Source of the DNA: Hormiphora californensis
Lineage: Eukaryota; Animalia; Ctenophora
Direction: 5' to 3'
Assembly: GCA_020137815.1 (NCBI GenBank)
Contig: CM035356.1
Span: 6,944,001-7,008,000, forward strand
Length of the DNA stretch: 64,000 bases
Part shown: positions 62,211 to 64,000 of the stretch, piece by piece
Position numbering within the stretch: the first letter of the stretch is position 1
Layout of the letters: every line of letters begins with the position of its first letter
The notes under the pieces: model-generated
Told to the model about the DNA's origin: nothing
The model's input: the letters and a program-made list of their open reading frames with translations, nothing else
Databases searched by the model: none
Translations under genes and position numbers: made by a program

Positions 62211-64000
62211 TAATTATAGTATATATATTATAAGGTAAAGAGTAAGAAAAGTGAAAAGTGAAAAGTAATAGTAGTACCTTTATAACATGTCAAAAAATGT
62301 AATTAATAAAGAAAGTATGTACAATGAAAAGCTCACCCAACCCCTCAAGTGTGTCAACGGGATCAAGTAAGAGGCACACAGGAAAAATAAAAAAGCAAGC
62401 ATGTACACCATAGTGATGCTCCCTCGGCCCAGTATGATCGCAGGATTTTTGACGGCCTCTCCTCCTTGTGTATCTAGCAAGAAAAAGATGGACGTCTTGG
62501 GCTTTGCATGGACGACTCTGAGGATCACCCCGTCTGTGCACAGTATATTTCGTGCTGCAAGAAACGCTAACACTCAGCAGAGGTTTATTTATAGCACTCT
62601 CTGGAGGATGGAGGGGATGGATGGAGGGGGGGCTGGCAGAGCTGGGGATGGTGAAACCGTTGAGGTGTGTGCGTTTATTTTAGGGGATGGTGGCGTAGTT
62701 TAAAAGTGTTGTATGTTGATTAATTCATGTGGGGTTGGTACTGTTTTTACTGGTTTTATACTTATTGTACTTTTGCTGGACGTTTTAGACGTTTGGGTAC
62801 TGTTCGGTATCTGGTGTGTGGTAGGTCTGGTTAAGGGGGGTATGGCTTTGTGTAGCTGTTATTAGGTTTAACTATATTTACTTGGGGTTTAGGTTGTACA
62901 TCGGTTTTAACTTTACATCATTAGTTGTGGGGGGTGGTAGACGGCAGTATTCCTGTTGTGGATACTATTACGGTATCCTTGTTTTAAATATAATTAGCGT
63001 GGTGGGGTGAGAGGCTGGACCACTAACCTGGCAATCGTGCGGTAGGGGTTATTGGGTGGGGCGGGGGTAGGTGTCTGGTTAGGAGAGAGAGCAAGTACAC
63101 GCTGGGGCCTGGTCGGGGGGGGGCGTCTGGTGGGGGTGGGCGGGGGTGGGGGGGTGGGGAGGGGTAGGGGTTTTCTGACACATGGAGGAAATGGAAGGGG
63201 TGTATATCTGACGAGGAAGAATAGGTTCGTGGATCTGCACATGTTCTGGATGTGAGGTGATACTTAGAGTATGCTTGCTATGGCTGCGATTGGATAAACG
63301 TATTTTCAGTTCCGGAGAGGTTGGTGTGCCGCTCTGGAGATGGGTATGGACAGGAGGGACAAGAAGAGACTTGTCTTTAGAGGGGCGGGTGGGGGTGGGT
63401 GAGACCCCGGGGAGGTTATGGTTGGAGAATCTGGGCAAGAGAGGGATTAGGTTGATTGGTTGGGTGGGGGGGTGGGGGTGGGGGGGGGGGGGGGTCGGGG
63501 GTGGAGGGGTTTGGAGGGGGGTGTTAAGGGGTTTGGAGGGGTTGGTTGGGTTTTGGGGGTGTTGGGGGCGGGTGGGGATGGGAGTTGGGGTGGAGGGAGT
63601 GGGCAAACGGAATGGTGTCTTGTGTGGTTTTAGGGGGGGGGTCGTGAACCTTCGCGACGATGGGTCTGGCGCGTCGTGGATCAGACTGGAGTGGGTATAG
63701 CGACGTGGGTTATTGCGACTGAGTGGGGTGTATGGCGGGAAAAGAATGTTAAAGGGGGGTTTTGTGAGGGGTGTTTATGCGTAGGCAGGGGGATATTGGG
63801 GAGGTTGGGGTGTTTGGTAAGAGGGGGGTTGGTAGGGAAGTGAGGGAGTTCACAAAAGGGTGCAATTTAGACAGGGGTTGTTAGGGGAAGGGTAAAAGGG
63901 ATGAATCCTAAAGCGGGGTTTGGGGTGGGGTTGAAGGGTTAGGTAGGGGCTATGGTGGAGGGGTTGGGGGAGGGGTGGTACGGGGTTCGAGAGGGGCGTG

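Noticed and set aside
62211-64000. ORFs in the G-rich region after the gap
   Set aside because: Low-complexity, likely low-quality sequence with no domain motifs or consistent splice structure.

Overview
Intron-rich animal genomic DNA, most likely from a ctenophore (Pleurobrachia-like). That call is recognition-based: it rests on a 109-bp hAT-type MITE and two lineage-typical extracellular domains I recall from ctenophore gene models, not on a database search. Tracing GT-AG introns by hand gives nine protein-coding loci. (1) An aquaporin (+). (2) A partial small-domain gene (-). (3) A 24-exon, about 1565-aa, very Lys-rich secreted mosaic protein (-) with an unrecognised Cys repeat x6-7, four beta-gamma-crystallin-like domains and ricin-B lectin repeats. 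(4) A 119-aa type I membrane protein with an ELF-G-RRR amidation/cleavage motif (+). (5) A secreted protein with a ctenophore-type domain (-). (6) A BTB-BACK protein (+). (7) A swiprosin/EFHD homologue with a four-fold repeated N-terminal motif (+). (8) An IFIT/TTC22-like TPR protein (-). (9) A Shaker-superfamily Kv channel with a PMT gate (+), truncated by an assembly gap. Introns and intergenic DNA carry a 5'-truncated CR1-like LINE, many non-autonomous DNA transposons (TA, TTAA, 3-bp, 8-bp and 9-bp TSD classes), minisatellites and (GA)n microsatellites. Exon boundaries were called manually and are not validated by transcripts.
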